From the human T2T-CHM13v2.0 reference genome, Homo sapiens: a DNA stretch of 64,000 nt. Of this stretch, positions 44,095-59,230 are shown one piece after another. Position 1 is the first letter of the stretch, and the number at the start of each line of letters is the position of its first letter. The translations under genes were made by a program, and so were the position numbers. Where the stretch lies: assembly GCF_009914755.1 (NCBI RefSeq), contig NC_060928.1; one strand, 5' to 3'. The notes beneath the pieces were generated by a model, which made no database searches, was not told where the DNA came from, and worked only from the letters and a program-made list of their open reading frames with translations.

Positions 44095-45280
44095 CAGAGT
44101 ACAGTGTCTACTTGAAAACTTTTTTCTTGATAATCTTCCAGGTGTTTCATAGAGGGATTTTGGAAGAATCTATCAATTAAGATTAGCTGTGCCAGTTTTA
44201 CTCAGGATCTTCCTAACAAATATGAGATCACTTAAGGTTATATTTGCTTTTTTTTTTAAACTCTGGATTTTTCATTTTCATAATTGATAAAATATGAAAA
44301 TGTCAGTGTTGATTTATAATGTGATCTACTTAAATATTCAAAAGGGACTTTTCTGCAAAATGTGAAAATAAAGAATGTTCTTTACAGATTGAATAGGGAA
44401 CCATTTACAAAGAAAAAGCTTTGCTAAATCATATTTCCTTAAGTGGTAGCCTTATGCTTAACTTGCTACTGGAGAAGATTAATTGAGATGGCAAAGCATG
44501 TTAATGATTGCTCATTTATTGGAAAATATTTGGCCTGAAAGTGAGATTACCCATAGAGTTTTTAATCCTGATTTGCTGCTATTTCTGTTGAAATATGAAT
44601 GTTAAATGTTTACATTTTTGTGTGATAGCTTTATAATTTCCTAAAGAGTGTAGTTTACAAGTTTATATGATTACCTGAACATTAAGCTATCAGCACTCAC
44701 ATCTCTGCATGATGATGCTTTCAGAATACATTGATGTATTAATATTTATGGCAGACGTTTTATCTGTATTAAGGTGCCTCTGATAGCTGATGATTTTAAA
44801 ACACATTTACATATTAATATTTATTAAAAATAGCTCTTATGATACCATGGTAGAGCCTTGGCCTAATATGTTTAAAAGCTCCTCTACTCTGTGTGCATGT
44901 AATTTTTGACTCTTTCTTTATTCCAGTTCACTTCAGTATTTACCTACTTATTTTAGGAATACAAATATATTTTAAATATTTTTTTAACCTTTGGGTGTGT
45001 ATGTGCTTAGTTGTGTTTCTTCATGAATCTCTGGTCTGCCTTTGATTTTTTGAGTGGTTTTTATTCTTTAATACCTATGTCTCAAACAAAACAACAAACA
45101 AATACTAAAATGAGCACTAAAACTTGAATTTTCAGATCTTATTTTTCTTATTGTTGTGGGAGTAATCAAAGGAACATTCTAGTAAACCAACTTTATTTGA
45201 GATGTTTTTAGACTTTTTGAAATTTTAAAATATCAGAGAAAATAGTAATTTCCTAGTGTTTTTTAAAATTGTGCTGTGTA

Positions 45281-45771
<491 letters not shown>

Positions 45772-46083
45772 GTGAGAGAGGACAAGCAATTCTTACCTTG
45801 GAACCTTCTTTACAAGGAATTTTAGCTCCACTGATTTTTCTGTCCTTAGGGAAAACCAGATGGTCATTGACATATCATTATTTGTCTTTAGTTATTTACT
45901 TATGACTATTTAGTAAGCAGCTAATACACATCTGAAGCTTAATTGGCTGTGCATTTTATATTTTTTATTTCTGAAGAACTTGTTTAGTGTCACCTTCTGG
46001 TCTAGCATTTTACAATGTCATTTTAGACATCTGATCAAAGGAGTTTGCCTTTTTTCTCAGTAGTTTGTATTTTTAGTTTTTAC

Positions 46084-46446
46084 TGTATCAGTCTGTTCTC
46101 ACACTGCTAATAAAGACATACCTGACACTGGGTAATTTATAAAGGAAAGAGGTTTAATGGACTCATAGTTCCACATGGCCAGCGAGGCCTCACAATCATG
46201 GCGGAAGGTGAAGGAGGAGCAAAGGCACATCTTACATGGCAGCAGGCAGGGCAGCGTGTGCAGGGGAACTGCCCTTTATAAAACCATCAGATCTCGTGAG
46301 ATTTATTCACTATCATAGAACAGCACAGGAAAGACCCACTCCCATGATTCAATTACCTCCCACTGGGTCCCTCCCATGACATATGGGAATTATGGGAGCT
46401 ACAATTCAAGATGAGATTTGGGTGGGGACACAGCCAAACCATATCA
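46084..46446 (-). mobile_element. THE1 (ERVL-MaLR) solo LTR
   Basis: TGTAT.AGTCTGTTCTCACACTGCTAATAAAGACATACC...GGGGACACAGCCAAACCATATCA; 5-bp TSD TTTAC at 46079-46083 and 46447-46451. Confidence 0.92.
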
Positions 46447-46661
46447 TTTACCTTACCTGCTTTAAGAGCTTTGAGCATACTTGTAGTATTTTCAGACTGT
46501 AATCCTAGCTGTTATTCCAATTATTATCTGTCAACCTGTGAAGAGTAGTACAGAAAACTCTTAAAGCTTAAAAAATCTTTTCCAAAGATTTTCTGACATC
46601 TCAGCCCAGCTAATTTCAAATTGACTTTTTGGTGACTACAACTTCTCTTCTCTTTGATTAG

Positions 46662-46794
46662 GTTGATGAAATTATGATGACCCTGAAACAGGCCTTCACG
46701 GTGGCCGCAGTGCAGCAGACAGCTAAGGCGCCAGCCCAGCTGTGTGAGGGCTGCCCCCTGCAAAGCCTGCACAAGCTCTGTGAGAGGATAGAGG
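46662..46794 (+). CDS. TBC1D1: TBC1D1 coding exon (canonical exon 6; 133 nt, phase 0/1)
   Basis: tctttgattag|GTT GAT GAA ... ATA GAG G|gtgagt; [44 protein letters not shown]. Confidence 0.98.
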
Positions 46795-48029
46795 GTGAGT
46801 AGGGGACCCTTTCCAGCATGAACACAGTGGGAGTTAAAGGTCCCAGGAGAACTTTAGATGATACTCATCTGTTGGAAGATTCTGCCTAACAGAGGCTTGT
46901 ATTAGTCACAGGGATTGTAGGTGGACTCTCAGTGTGCAGTGGGTGTCTTCTGTATGTCAGGAATTGTGCCGGATGCTGGTGATACAAAGATAAGAACCCA
47001 GAACCCCCTTCTGCCACCTCCCTCCAAGGTATTCTGAGGATGGAGGAGGAGTTAGGGAAACAGGTTACCAAACCGGTTGCCTAGTGTTTATCAAGGTTGT
47101 GTGAGTGGTCAGTCATACTGGGCACTGCAGAGATATCTAGAAAGATAAGAACTAAGGAACTTGTACCAGTTTCTCCATTACAAGGTCATTAGTAACGTCT
47201 GCTAGTACAGTTTGGATGGAGAGGAGGTAGCAGAAAACAGGTTGCAGTTGAGGAGCAAATGGGAAGAAATCAAAGAAACAGTGACTATTAGTATTGACCA
47301 GTATTTCTAGAAACCTGGCTTAGGGAGAAACTGTAATAAATGTTATGATTTGTAGCTAACGTGTATTGAATAAGATCTGCCAGGAAGTGTATTAGGTGCT
47401 TTCTGTTATCTATTTAATCCTCATCACATTTGTGGGAGGAAAAGGGACTATTTATTTTGCACATATTGCAGATAAGTAAATTGAGGATTAGAGATGTCTA
47501 GGAATAAACTAGTGTATAGTGAGCCCATGATTCACCCCAGGCGGTAAAGCCCTGTTACCTGCCACCAACCATTTCCAGGAGAAGGCCATACTGGAGAAAG
47601 ACCTGGGGATTGCAGCTAACTTTGTCTTTTTCAGAATTGGAGGGTTTGAGTGAATTCAGAGCCCAAGGGGCCAGAGGGGCCGAATGAATCCGAATGGAAT
47701 GGTGGGGGTTCCTCTTGAACAAGAGTGGGGAGTCCACCTGAGGCAGGAAGTGAGAGTTTCTGTCTCTGTGACTGCAGGGAGGGGCCAGGGGAGAGGACAG
47801 AACCAGGTGACAGTGAAAGGGAGTGGTGATATGTTTATCTGAAGGCATCTGGAAGGTGAAGGAGTTTTCACCACTCTGTTCTTGATTTTGTGTTTTTGTT
47901 CTGTTTATGGGAGGATTTCTAAAAATTTTTTTGTGACTTGTGGAGGTCACATGATTTAAACAACCCATGCTATTGTGAAAAGAAAACAAAAATTTGATCA
48001 TTTCTCATGTTTGTAGAATGTTTATTATA

Positions 48030-48342
<313 letters not shown>

Positions 48343-48394
48343 TTATTATAAGCTATAAGTTTGCAAAGAAAGCATTGTTATTTAGATCCAATTT

Positions 48395-49130
48395 TCCTTT
48401 TTAAAAAAATATAGTAAAAACATATGTAACACAAAATTTACCATCGTAACCTTTTTGTAAGCATGCCCTTCATTGGCATTAAGTCCATTCACATTGTTGT
48501 ACAGTCCTCACCACCAGCATCTCCAGAACTTTTTCATTTTCCAAAACTGAAGCTCATTAAATGCCAACTCCGCTCCTTCTCAGCCTCTGGCAACATCTGT
48601 TCTGTTTCTAGGTAACTTCATATAAGCAAAGTCATAAAATATTTATCTTCTTGTTTCTGGTTTATTTCACTTAGCATAATGTTTTCCAGATTCACGTGTA
48701 TTGTAGCGTTGTCTGAATTTCATTCCTTTTTAAGGCTGAATGGTATTCCATTCCAAAAGTGTGTCCACATTTTGTTGATCCATTTACTCGTCCGTGGACA
48801 TTTGGGTTCCTTCCCCCTTTTGACTGTTGTACTAATAATGCTGCTATGAATGCTGACGTGCAAATATCTGTTGAAGTTCCTGCTTTCAATTCTTTCGGTT
48901 ATATATCCAGAAATGAAATTGCTAGGGTATGTGGTAATTTTATGTTTAATTTTTTTGAGGAACTGCCGTATGGTACCACAGTGGCCACACCATTTTACAA
49001 TCCCACTGGCAGTGGGTAAGGACCCCAGTTCCTTTACGTCCTCGCAAGATTTGCTACTTTCTGTTTTTGTTTTGTTTTGTTTTTGATGAAAGCCATCGAG
49101 ATAGATGTGAAATGGTATCTGGTTTCCCTT
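48395..49130 (-). mobile_element. L1MB-like 3' fragment
   Basis: AAAATTTACCATCGTAACC..., CATTCCTTTTTAAGGCTGAAT, GCTGCTATGAA. The minus strand gives EYHSALKRNEI. Confidence 0.85.
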
Positions 49131-52100
49131 TTTAAATGAGATAAATTAACAATTGACATCTTAAGGTCTGGGAAGGGTCATTTGTAGCATTACAGTGCTC
49201 TTTAAAATGAAGAAACATGATTAATATATTCAACTGTGTTTTCCACGTTGTTACTATTTGCTGACATTATACAAAATATATCTGGGAACAAGAAAATGTT
49301 TGCTTTAACTAGAGTTCCCAACTGAGAGGATCACTAACCCTTTCCTTAATGGTTGTCAAGATAAGGTAAATGATGATAGAAATGCCCCTTAAGAGCTTAT
49401 TAAAAAGCCAGCAGTGACTTTGGCCTTGAAGATAAAGCAGAGCACGATCTGCAGGAACTGGAATGCTTCCAGAGCTCCCCTTGATAAATCTTTCTTTGGT
49501 CTGGCTTAGTTTTGAGAAAGTTACAGCTGAAAAGTTTGATCAGGGTAGGGATTTTGCTGCCGTCGTTTTGGAATTAATCATTTGATCCATCTATCACCTG
49601 ATAAAATCCAACCAAGGCACAAAACTCTACTAACATGAGAACATTCTTAAATAGTGCAATTAGAAGTCTGGTGGGGGTATGTTTTACCTACATGATGGAA
49701 CTCATTTCTAAAAGTGTAGAAGAAGTGCATTGTTAGTAGAAGAAGTGCTAGTTATTACATAAACAGTTTTAGGGTTCCTTGCTTTTTGTTATTGTATTCC
49801 TAATAAGTAGAATAAAGTGGCTTGTTAAAACTCATTGTATGTTGGTGTAAAAGTAGTTCTAGCAGGAAGTTATATGGTCTGATCAAGAACTCTGTAAAAC
49901 TGTGGAGAGGATTAGTGATGTGGCCACACAAAGAAAGACTTAAAAGACTATGTTTTCTTAATCAGTAAGTGTAGTTAAGTCATCCCCCAGAATCTATAAG
50001 ATAGAATCAATAACGCTGTTGATGTTGATTAGCTGCACTCTGCTCTAATTGCAACATATCAGAAGTGCAGCTCTACCCAGTTCTGTATTTGAATCATATA
50101 CAACTCAGTGGTATTTATATAGTATTTTGCTTATTTTAAAAGAGGAGCATTCATTAAAAAAAATAGTTGAACTGAGATTTTCTTTTGCTCTCAGAGCAAA
50201 TTTTCCTTCAGTAAAACACAGTCATTCATCACCGCTCTCTCTAACAAGGGCCGTTTCTGCACCGCCAGGGAGGCGGCCTCACTGACCAGAGGAGCCAGGA
50301 GGGGTTGTAGTTTGGAAACTCTCTTGATGCTGGTTACCTTTTCTGCTTCGGTCCTGGCTTCCCATTCCCTCCATAAGCCATTTTGGCATCACCTGGGCCT
50401 CTCTGAGGAGATGCGTTCAGTGGGGAACTGAAGGGTGCTTTCAGTGGGTGTACAGAAACCACCCAGGAGGGGCTAGCTGTGTGAGAATCCCTGGGGGAGG
50501 AACTCGGACCTAGGCGGGCCGGCTATTTAGAGATGGGACCAGAAGGACCTCATGAATTAGGCATCCTGCAGACAGGGTGAAATTGCCCAGAGGATTGCTT
50601 CACAGCTGCCGAAGCGAAGAATAAGCTGCATTTCGTGATTTCACCTGAGATTGGCAGAGTGTCGAGTTAGTCTAACTCTTCTTAAGCCTTGGGGTTTATT
50701 CTCCACATCTGAATGTTTCATGAAACAATATCGTTTTTCCAAAATATGATACTTCGGCTGTCAGAGATGTCCTTCATATGTGGGGGGGATTTTTAGTGCA
50801 TGATGACTTAGTGCTTATTTGATTCATAAATCTTAACTCTGTTTCGCTTCGGCATTTAAGTAGTTGATACAGTAAAGCCTTGTCTGTTTCCCTGGCTTCA
50901 TGTGACCTGACAGCTTGCTGAAAGAGTGACTGCATTGCACTTTGACAAAGGCGCCATCCTTCCTGCACTTTAACCCACCTCTAAGCTTGCTCTTGTATTG
51001 CAGCCACCTGAGTGTCAGGCGACTTGGCTCTGCTAGTCAGGGAGGGCAGTGGAGCAGTTAAGGGTTTGGTTGCCGGAGGCAACTTACTTAGCTGATGACC
51101 TTGGACAAAATACTTCGATGTGCCTCAGTTTCTTCAGGTGGGCATTGAGATTACTTAAAAAAAAAAAGGCCCATTTCTAATATTCATTTTAGGGTGAAAT
51201 GAATAATGCACATAAAGTGTTAAGTGAAGTGGCATAGTAGCAGTCACTTAAATATTATTTCTGTGGTGGCTTCAGGGTTTTCCTGGGTTAAAAAAAAGGG
51301 AAAAAGAATGTCTTTCTGGAAGCAGAGATGGCTGCAACAGTGTGATAGGAGCAGCCACCTCTGCCACAGTCCCAGCCTACTTAGAGGTTGTGGGCTCTGC
51401 CTCAGCTGCTGTGGGAGGGGAGGAGCCGTGGCTTTGGGCAGGCGTGGCTGCCGATGGGCCTCCTGGCCTTTCACAAGTCACCTGGCTTCTCTGGGCATCA
51501 GCAAATCCATCTGTAAAATGAAGGCATGGTTTCCAAGTCCCTGGCTCAGCAGATTTCCCTCCCTGCCATCCGTAGTGATGTAGGTGCCTCGCACACTGTT
51601 CTCCAGCCCAGAGCCTTGGCCAAGCCTCTGCCTCAGGGCCACCCTGGTAGGATGAGAAGAGAGTGCCAGGTGGGTGAGGCAAGAGCTGCCCTTGGAAGAA
51701 AAATAACCCATGCTTTTTTTTTCTTTTCATGGCAGTTGGGTCAGCATATCCTTTCATTATCAACCGTCTCATCATGTGTGACATTTATCTCTGGATACCA
51801 AGAAAAGGCAGTGCAGGCTCTAAGCCGTATTTGTGTGGGGAAGGAACTTCTTGAAATATCGGGTTCTAATGGGTACTAAAATTATGTAATGACTTTATTT
51901 TTATAACTTTTCCTCAAAACTCTTTGTAACATTAATTAAATGTAATGTTAATGAAGTTATTAATAAGCATGTGGTGGTATAAGAAAAATTGTTAGCCACA
52001 TGCATCAATTTTCCGTGATGGGAACCTGGTATGCAAGAGAAATGTGGGTCAGTTTTCCAACAGAATAGGAGTTGTTTTTTCCTAAGAAAAAGTTGTCAGG

Positions 52101-52416
52101 TTTACATATCAACACAAGAATTTATCATTTTCTGAGGAGAAGGTTCTGATTACGTGAGGTGTTTTAACATGGAGAAAGTAATTTGGAGCCACACAAACCT
52201 GAGGTAGAGTCCAAATTATTGGTCTGTGGAATGACGTAAGCTCTCTGGGTCTTAGTTTTCTTAGCTGTAAACTGGGGATAATAGCATCCTCTTCATCAGA
52301 TTGTTTTGAGAATTAAATGGTGCAAGCTTAATGCCTATTATACAGTGTCTAGCACATCAGAGCTCAGAAGATGATGACAAAGATAACAGTGACACTATTA
52401 TCGATGAAAATTTCCA

Positions 52417-52727
52417 CGCCAAGCACAGTGGCTCACGCCTGTAATCCCAGCACTTTAGGAGGCTGAGGTGGGCGTGTTGCTTGAGCTCAAGAGTTCGAGA
52501 CCAGCCTGGGCAACATGGCGAAACCTTGTCTTTTAGTAGACTAAAAATACAAAAATTAGCTGGGCATGGTGGCATGCACCTGTAGTCCCAGGTACTGGGG
52601 AGGCTGAAGTGGGAGGATTGCTTGACCCTGGGAGGTTGAGGCTCGCATAATCAGTGAGCCGTGATTGCACCACTGCAATCCAGCCTGGGTGACAGAGTGG
52701 GATTCCATGTCAAAAAAAAAAATAAAA
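52417..52727 (+). mobile_element. Alu (J-like)
   Basis: Full Alu ending ~136 bp before the 52864 exon. Confidence 0.93.
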
Positions 52728-52863
52728 TATTTTTTTATTTCCTAAAACCTTGGAAGTCTGAAGTGGAAGAGAATGTGAAGGGGATGTGTGTGGAAGAGGT
52801 TAACTCCCTATCTCACAACTTTTATATAGAATTTTTTCATGCCTCTCTTTTTTCTCTTAATAG

Positions 52864-52955
52864 GAATGAATTCTTCCAAAACAAAACTAGAACTGCAAAA
52901 GCACCTGACGACATTAACCAATCAGGAGCAGGCGACTATTTTTGAAGAGGTTCAG
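52864..52955 (+). CDS. TBC1D1: TBC1D1 coding exon (canonical exon 7; 92 nt, phase 1/0)
   Basis: ttctcttaatag|GA ATG AAT ... GTT CAG|gtacag; (G)MNSSKTKLELQKHLTTLTNQEQATIFEEVQ. Confidence 0.98.
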
Positions 52956-53086
52956 GTACAGTACAGTTGCTAATTTCTAGAAGGAAAGAAAAGGCAGGCA
53001 GCTTACCTGGGAAATGCTATGTGTAAAAAATAGCAAACCAGTGTTGTCCCAACCTGGGGGAAGGTGCCTTGAGTTCGTCTTGGTTT

Positions 53087-53626
53087 CAGGGGTGACCAAT
53101 CTTTTGGCTTCCCTGGGCCACATTGGAAGAAGAAGGATTGTCCTGGACCACACATAAAAGACACGATAGCTGATGAGCTGCTAAAAAAACAAACAAACAA
53201 ACAAACAAAAAAAACAGCAAAAAAAAAAATCTCATAATGGTTTTTGTTTGTTTGTTTTTTTGACAGAGTCTTGCTCTGTTTCCCAGGCTGGAGTGCAGTG
53301 GCATGATCTGGGCTCCCTGCAGTCTCCGCCTCCCAGGTTCAAGTGATTCTTCTGCCTCAGCTTCCTGAGTAGCTGGGATTACAGGAGCACGCCACCACGC
53401 CTGGCTAATTTTTGTATTTTTAGTAGAGACAGGCTTTCACCATGTTGGTCAGGCTGTTCTCGAACTCCTGACCTCATGATCTGCCTGCCTTGGCCTCCCA
53501 AAGTGCTGGGATTACAGGCGTGAGCCACCACGCCCAGCCCAAAATCTCATAATGCTTTAAGAAAGTTTATGAATTTGTGTTGGGCTACATTCAGAGCCGC
53601 CCTGGGCCACATGTTGGACATGCTTG
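53087..53626 (+). mobile_element. MER30 interrupted by an Alu
   Basis: Starts CAGGGGTG.CCAATCTTTTGGCTTCCCTGGGCCACA and resumes after the Alu. Confidence 0.85.
53241..53539 (-). mobile_element. Alu (S-type) nested in MER30
   Basis: TSD AAAATCTCATAATG. Confidence 0.95.
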
Positions 53627-54446
53627 GCTTAAGCTTTCACAGTCTCATAGAGTGTCCAGGTCAGAATTGCAGATTCCCATCAGGCCTTAGCTTAGATAGT
53701 AAAACTAAATGAAACAGGCAAGCCTCTTCCTTAAACAAATGTTAGAATAAGAGAGAAGAAATTATAAAATGGAAAGCGCCTCAGGCTGGGAGACAGAAGG
53801 TCCGGCCTCTGGTCCGCATGTACTCATCTGTTCCCTGGGAAACCTCTGCCCGCCCCTTCCCGCTTAGGATTTCAGACCTAAGTGTGGGAGTCGAATGAGA
53901 CAATGTTTGGTACATGAACTTGAACAGAATTCCTTCTTTCCCCCAACACCTTTTTTTTTCATTTTTGAAAATAAATTTAGGTCATGCTGTCTACTTGGAA
54001 CCTGATAATATATCAAACCTACAAAAACAAAACAAAATTCAAGCTCATCAGCTTTCTGCAATAAACTTGGAAGCTAGCTCTTGCCCTTGCATTTAGATGC
54101 AGTGTATCTCGGGGAGACCATGCTGTGTGTGCTGGCATGCCTGTAGCCTGTTCATTATGAATCTTTAATGAGGTCATCCAAAATTTCATGTCTGCTTTAG
54201 CTGAGGGGCATTTTCGATGATTCCCTGGCACTTTTTTAGGGAGGGAAGCATATCAAAGAATAAATATCTCCTTTTGAGGGGCGGGCAGCAGGATCTACAA
54301 ATAGAGGAGCCATTAAACAAAACAAGACAGCTAGCAACTGGGTGGGTTTAAGTGCTTTTCCTTCCTCACTGGGAAAAGACTATACTAGGATCCACGATCT
54401 GCTTTCTGTTAGTGTAAAAAAAATGAAAGGATTGTCTCTCTCTCTC

Positions 54447-54743
<297 letters not shown>

Positions 54744-56492
54744 TCTTTCTCATTTTAATCACGTTAGAGGTCTTGTCTTATTCCCTTGTTCTCCTTCTAC
54801 AGTAGAATTGGCATATGCTTCAGGAAGAGAGCATAGAAAGATGTTTTTTCATGTCTCAAATAGCCTAGAGGGTAATTTTCACAATTTTCATTTGTCTTTG
54901 CATTTTCTTGTTTTCTTCTGAATCAACTTGAGACATGCTACTTTGTTTTTTCTTAAAAGATCTTTAGAGTTCTAAGTACACAATACTCTTAGAAAATATA
55001 CTGTGATTTGCATTTGGAATTCAAAAATGGACAATATGCTTCTGATTGTTAATGCATTTACAATTCAAGTTGGGGCCTTTTTCATCTAATGCTGGCCCAC
55101 TTACTGTTCTAGAGCTGTCCTGTCACTTTAAGAAACCATCTTTCTATCAAGAATAGAAGAGGAACTTCCCTCTCATAATGTGGGTTTTCTTTTTTGTCTA
55201 GACAGCACCACGTAGCTCTCCCTAAAACAGTGTGATGAATCAGTATAGGTAATACACAAAATATTCTTCCGCAGCAATGAGATGTTCCTAATGGATATGA
55301 TTCCAAGATTCTCTTTGACTCATGCAGGCTTTTAGACACTGAGTACATCATGGTAAAGACACTTTAGAACAGAGTAGATTACGACTAAGGTTTGCTTTAG
55401 AAAAAGAGCTTTCAGTTAATATCCTGTGTGTTGTTCTAGAGGTCTCTGTAATTGTTAAGCTGCTCCAGACACCAAAGGGAGGTTGTATTCACCAACTTTG
55501 AAAAGCCGGCTCTCGCCTTGTCTTCCATCACTGTGAGTGTGGCTGTTCCTTGAGTGATACAGATTTGTGCATGGATCTTTTATTCTAGAGGCTTGTTAGA
55601 TGGTCTTGTTGAATTATGTCCTCAATGACCATTCTTGGTTTTATAAAACATTTTATAAACCAAGTCATTGGTTTCATTTTAGACAGCAGTGCCAGCTAAT
55701 GTGCTTGAAAATCATACATTTCAAAAAGGTTGTAAGGAAAAAGGTGGCTTTGCAGTTTCCTGAGTCTCCTTATAAAATAGAATGGTAAATATTTTCCTTT
55801 GTTCAGTCTTTCCTGGAGGGGAATTTGTTTCGGAAAAAGTCCTCTACATGCAAATTTTCATAAGGGAAATGTAATTACCGTTGAAATTAATGGTACGTGA
55901 TTACTTAGTTATTAAAACATACCTTATTTAAGGATCATGTAAATGAATATTAAATCAAAAAATGGAACTCTAACAGCTATAAAGAAATCACTAATAACTG
56001 TGTAAACGATGCTGGAGGTTATCTCTACTGTAAACAAGCTAATTTTGAGCACTCTGAGAACTTAATGCCAGATGGGCATGTGGGCATACCACACTGCAAA
56101 GCCATATTTTTATTTATGAGCGTTTTTGAAATGTTTCATTTTCAAACATATCTAGCTGGGCATGTGTTAGGATGACCCCATGATGCTCTGTTACTGGGTG
56201 AATATACTAAATCCAAACTGATCATCTCAGGATAAGAATTGCTGTGAAGCCAATGTGGAGCTAGTAAATAAAATATCTCCAAGTCTAATTCTCCTAATCT
56301 ATATGAGTGTGTTTCAGGGAATGACTTAATTAAATACTGACTAGATAAATCAAGTAGATTTATACTCAGTAGACATTGATAATTCATTAAGTAACATGAC
56401 TTCACAAGTTAAAGGTTAATGGTCAGAAGAGACTCTTTTTACTTTCTGAAGAATATATATCAGCTTAGTTGGATTTTGCATGGTTTTAAAAT

Positions 56493-56603
56493 GATGTTAG
56501 ACTGTAGTTTTAAGATGTTAGACTGAAAACTTTAAGTTTTAAGATGTTAGACTGTAGTGTCCAAGTGAGTTTTAAGATGTTAGACTGTAGTGTCCAAGTG
56601 AGT
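56493..56603. repeat. Complex short repeat: 4 x GATGTTAGACTG including a perfect 33-bp tandem
   Basis: Core at 56493, 56514, 56543 and 56576; 33-bp unit starts at 56535 and 56568. Confidence 0.9.
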
Positions 56604-56684
56604 GTTGTCTTTTTAAGTAGTTCCCTTAGGAGACCATGGGCTTTCTCAACATTCTGGGATGCATCAATCAGTGTTGGAAATTGA

Positions 56685-56868
56685 TTTATTTATTTATTAA
56701 TTTTTTTTAAGAGAAAGGGGCTCACTCTGTTACCCAGGCTGGAGCACAGTGGTTATTCTAGGGTGTGATCAGAGCACATTTCAGTTGCGAACTCATGGGC
56801 TCAAGCAATCGTCCTACCTCAGCTTCCCAAGTAGCTGGGACTGCAGGTACATGCCACCTTGCCCAGCT
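56685..56868 (-). mobile_element. Alu right-arm monomer (FRAM or truncated AluJ)
   Basis: A single degenerate arm only. Confidence 0.8.
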
Positions 56869-57096
56869 GGCAGTTTATATCTGAATTGCGTTTATGACAA
56901 TTTATAAGCCTCTTATAGGTTAAGAAACATGTAACTAATTTAGTTTTGTTACTTTTAACAGGCGATTAATTATTTTGTAATATTCTTTTATAAATTGAAG
57001 TATGACATGCATATAGAAAAGCAAACAAATCAATGATGTATAATTCAGTGAATTTTTATAAGGTATATACAACTGTGCAGCCAGTGCCAAGATTAA

Positions 57097-57410
<314 letters not shown>

Positions 57411-57628
57411 AAATGGGGCATTTCCATTGCCTCATAGTCCTGTTTTGTGTCTGCCTCCAGGTAACCATCATCCTGACTTCTGACATCATAGTTTAATTTT
57501 GAACAAGCAAGTAATTTTTGATGGCACAGTGATGTTACCCAATTCGATTCCCCATTATTTTCCTAAGACTTATCTCTCTGACTAATGAATGTTCATAAAG
57601 TTAAATCACCTTTAAGAAATAATGATTT

Positions 57629-57990
<362 letters not shown>

Positions 57991-58446
57991 TTAGGGAGGT
58001 GACACCTCACTAATTGTATTTCAGAATTACATTAAGGAAAGATTTGTTTCTTGATTGTGTATAACACCATCGACGTTTATTTCTCTGCTTTAGTGACTTC
58101 TGTATGATGTTTAACAAGCTCCATGACGCAGTCTCTGATTCTTAATCAGTTTTTAATGAAAAACAACTGTGGTAGTATACTGTTCCCAGTTGGTCTAATT
58201 TCCTTCTTTTAAAAGTGTATTTTGAGGGGAAAAATATATTAATACTCCTCCTCTTACTATATGATTAGCCCTTTAAAATATTTTGAAATAGATGATGATG
58301 AAGAATTTCTCCAAGCACAATATACATTTTCTTGTGGAGATAGCCAGAAGGTTTAATTAAAGACACAGGAGAAGAAAGAGTGGGCCAACCATCAGGCGCC
58401 TGTACCTGCTCAGAGGCCTCATAATTCCTGTCTGTTTCCCTGGATC

Positions 58447-59230
58447 ATTTTTTTTTTAATAGACTTAATTTTTTTTAGAGCAGTTTTAGGTTTACAGGAA
58501 AATTGGGTGAAAAGTACAGAGTTCCCGTATTAGCTTTCACTGTCCCCCACCCCACAGTTTCTCCGATTTTTAACATATCTTGCATTACTGAGGGTTTCTT
58601 CATTATAATTGATGAGCCAATATTTGTACATTGATATTAACTAAAGTTCATGGTTTACATTTGGGTTCACTGTTGGTGTTCTGTATTCTGTGGGTTGTGA
58701 CAGATGCTTAATGTCATGTGCCCATCATTACGGTATCATACAGAATAGTTTCACTGCCCTAAAAATCCCCGTGTTCTGCCTGTTCTCCCACCTCCTCCCT
58801 AATCCTTGATCTTTTTGCTCTCTCCATAGTTTTGCCTTTTCCAGCATGTCATGTAGTTGGAATCACACAGTAGCCTTTTCAGACTGGCTTCTTTTGCTTA
58901 GCAATATGCACTTAAGGTTCTTCCATGTCTCTTTATGGCTTGATAGCTTATTTCTCATTGCTGAATAATACTCAGTTTTATAGATGCACTACAGTTTCTT
59001 TACCCATTTGCCGATCGATGCACATCTTAGTTGCTTCCAAGTTTTGATAATTGTGAATAAAGATGCTGTTTTCAGCTCATTTGGGTAAACACCAAGGAGT
59101 GCAATTGCTGGGTTATGTGGTAAGAATGTGTTTAGTTTTACAAGAAACTGCTGGCCTGTTTTCCAAAGTGGCTGTACTGTTTTGCATCCCCGCCAACCAT
59201 AAATGGGAGTTCTTGTTGTTTTGTGGACAT
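58447..59230 (-). mobile_element. L1MC-like 3' fragment
   Basis: Same motifs as 8580-9585; the minus strand gives VQPLWKT and KTWKQ. Confidence 0.85.

Noticed and set aside
50263-50278. CTCF-like CCGCCAGGGAGGCGGC
   Set aside because: Mismatches in the GGC core; cannot be supported without motif scoring or ChIP data.
56493-56603. CRISPR-like repeat-spacer appearance
   Set aside because: Eukaryotic intron; spacers are short, non-unique and derived from the repeat; no cas genes.
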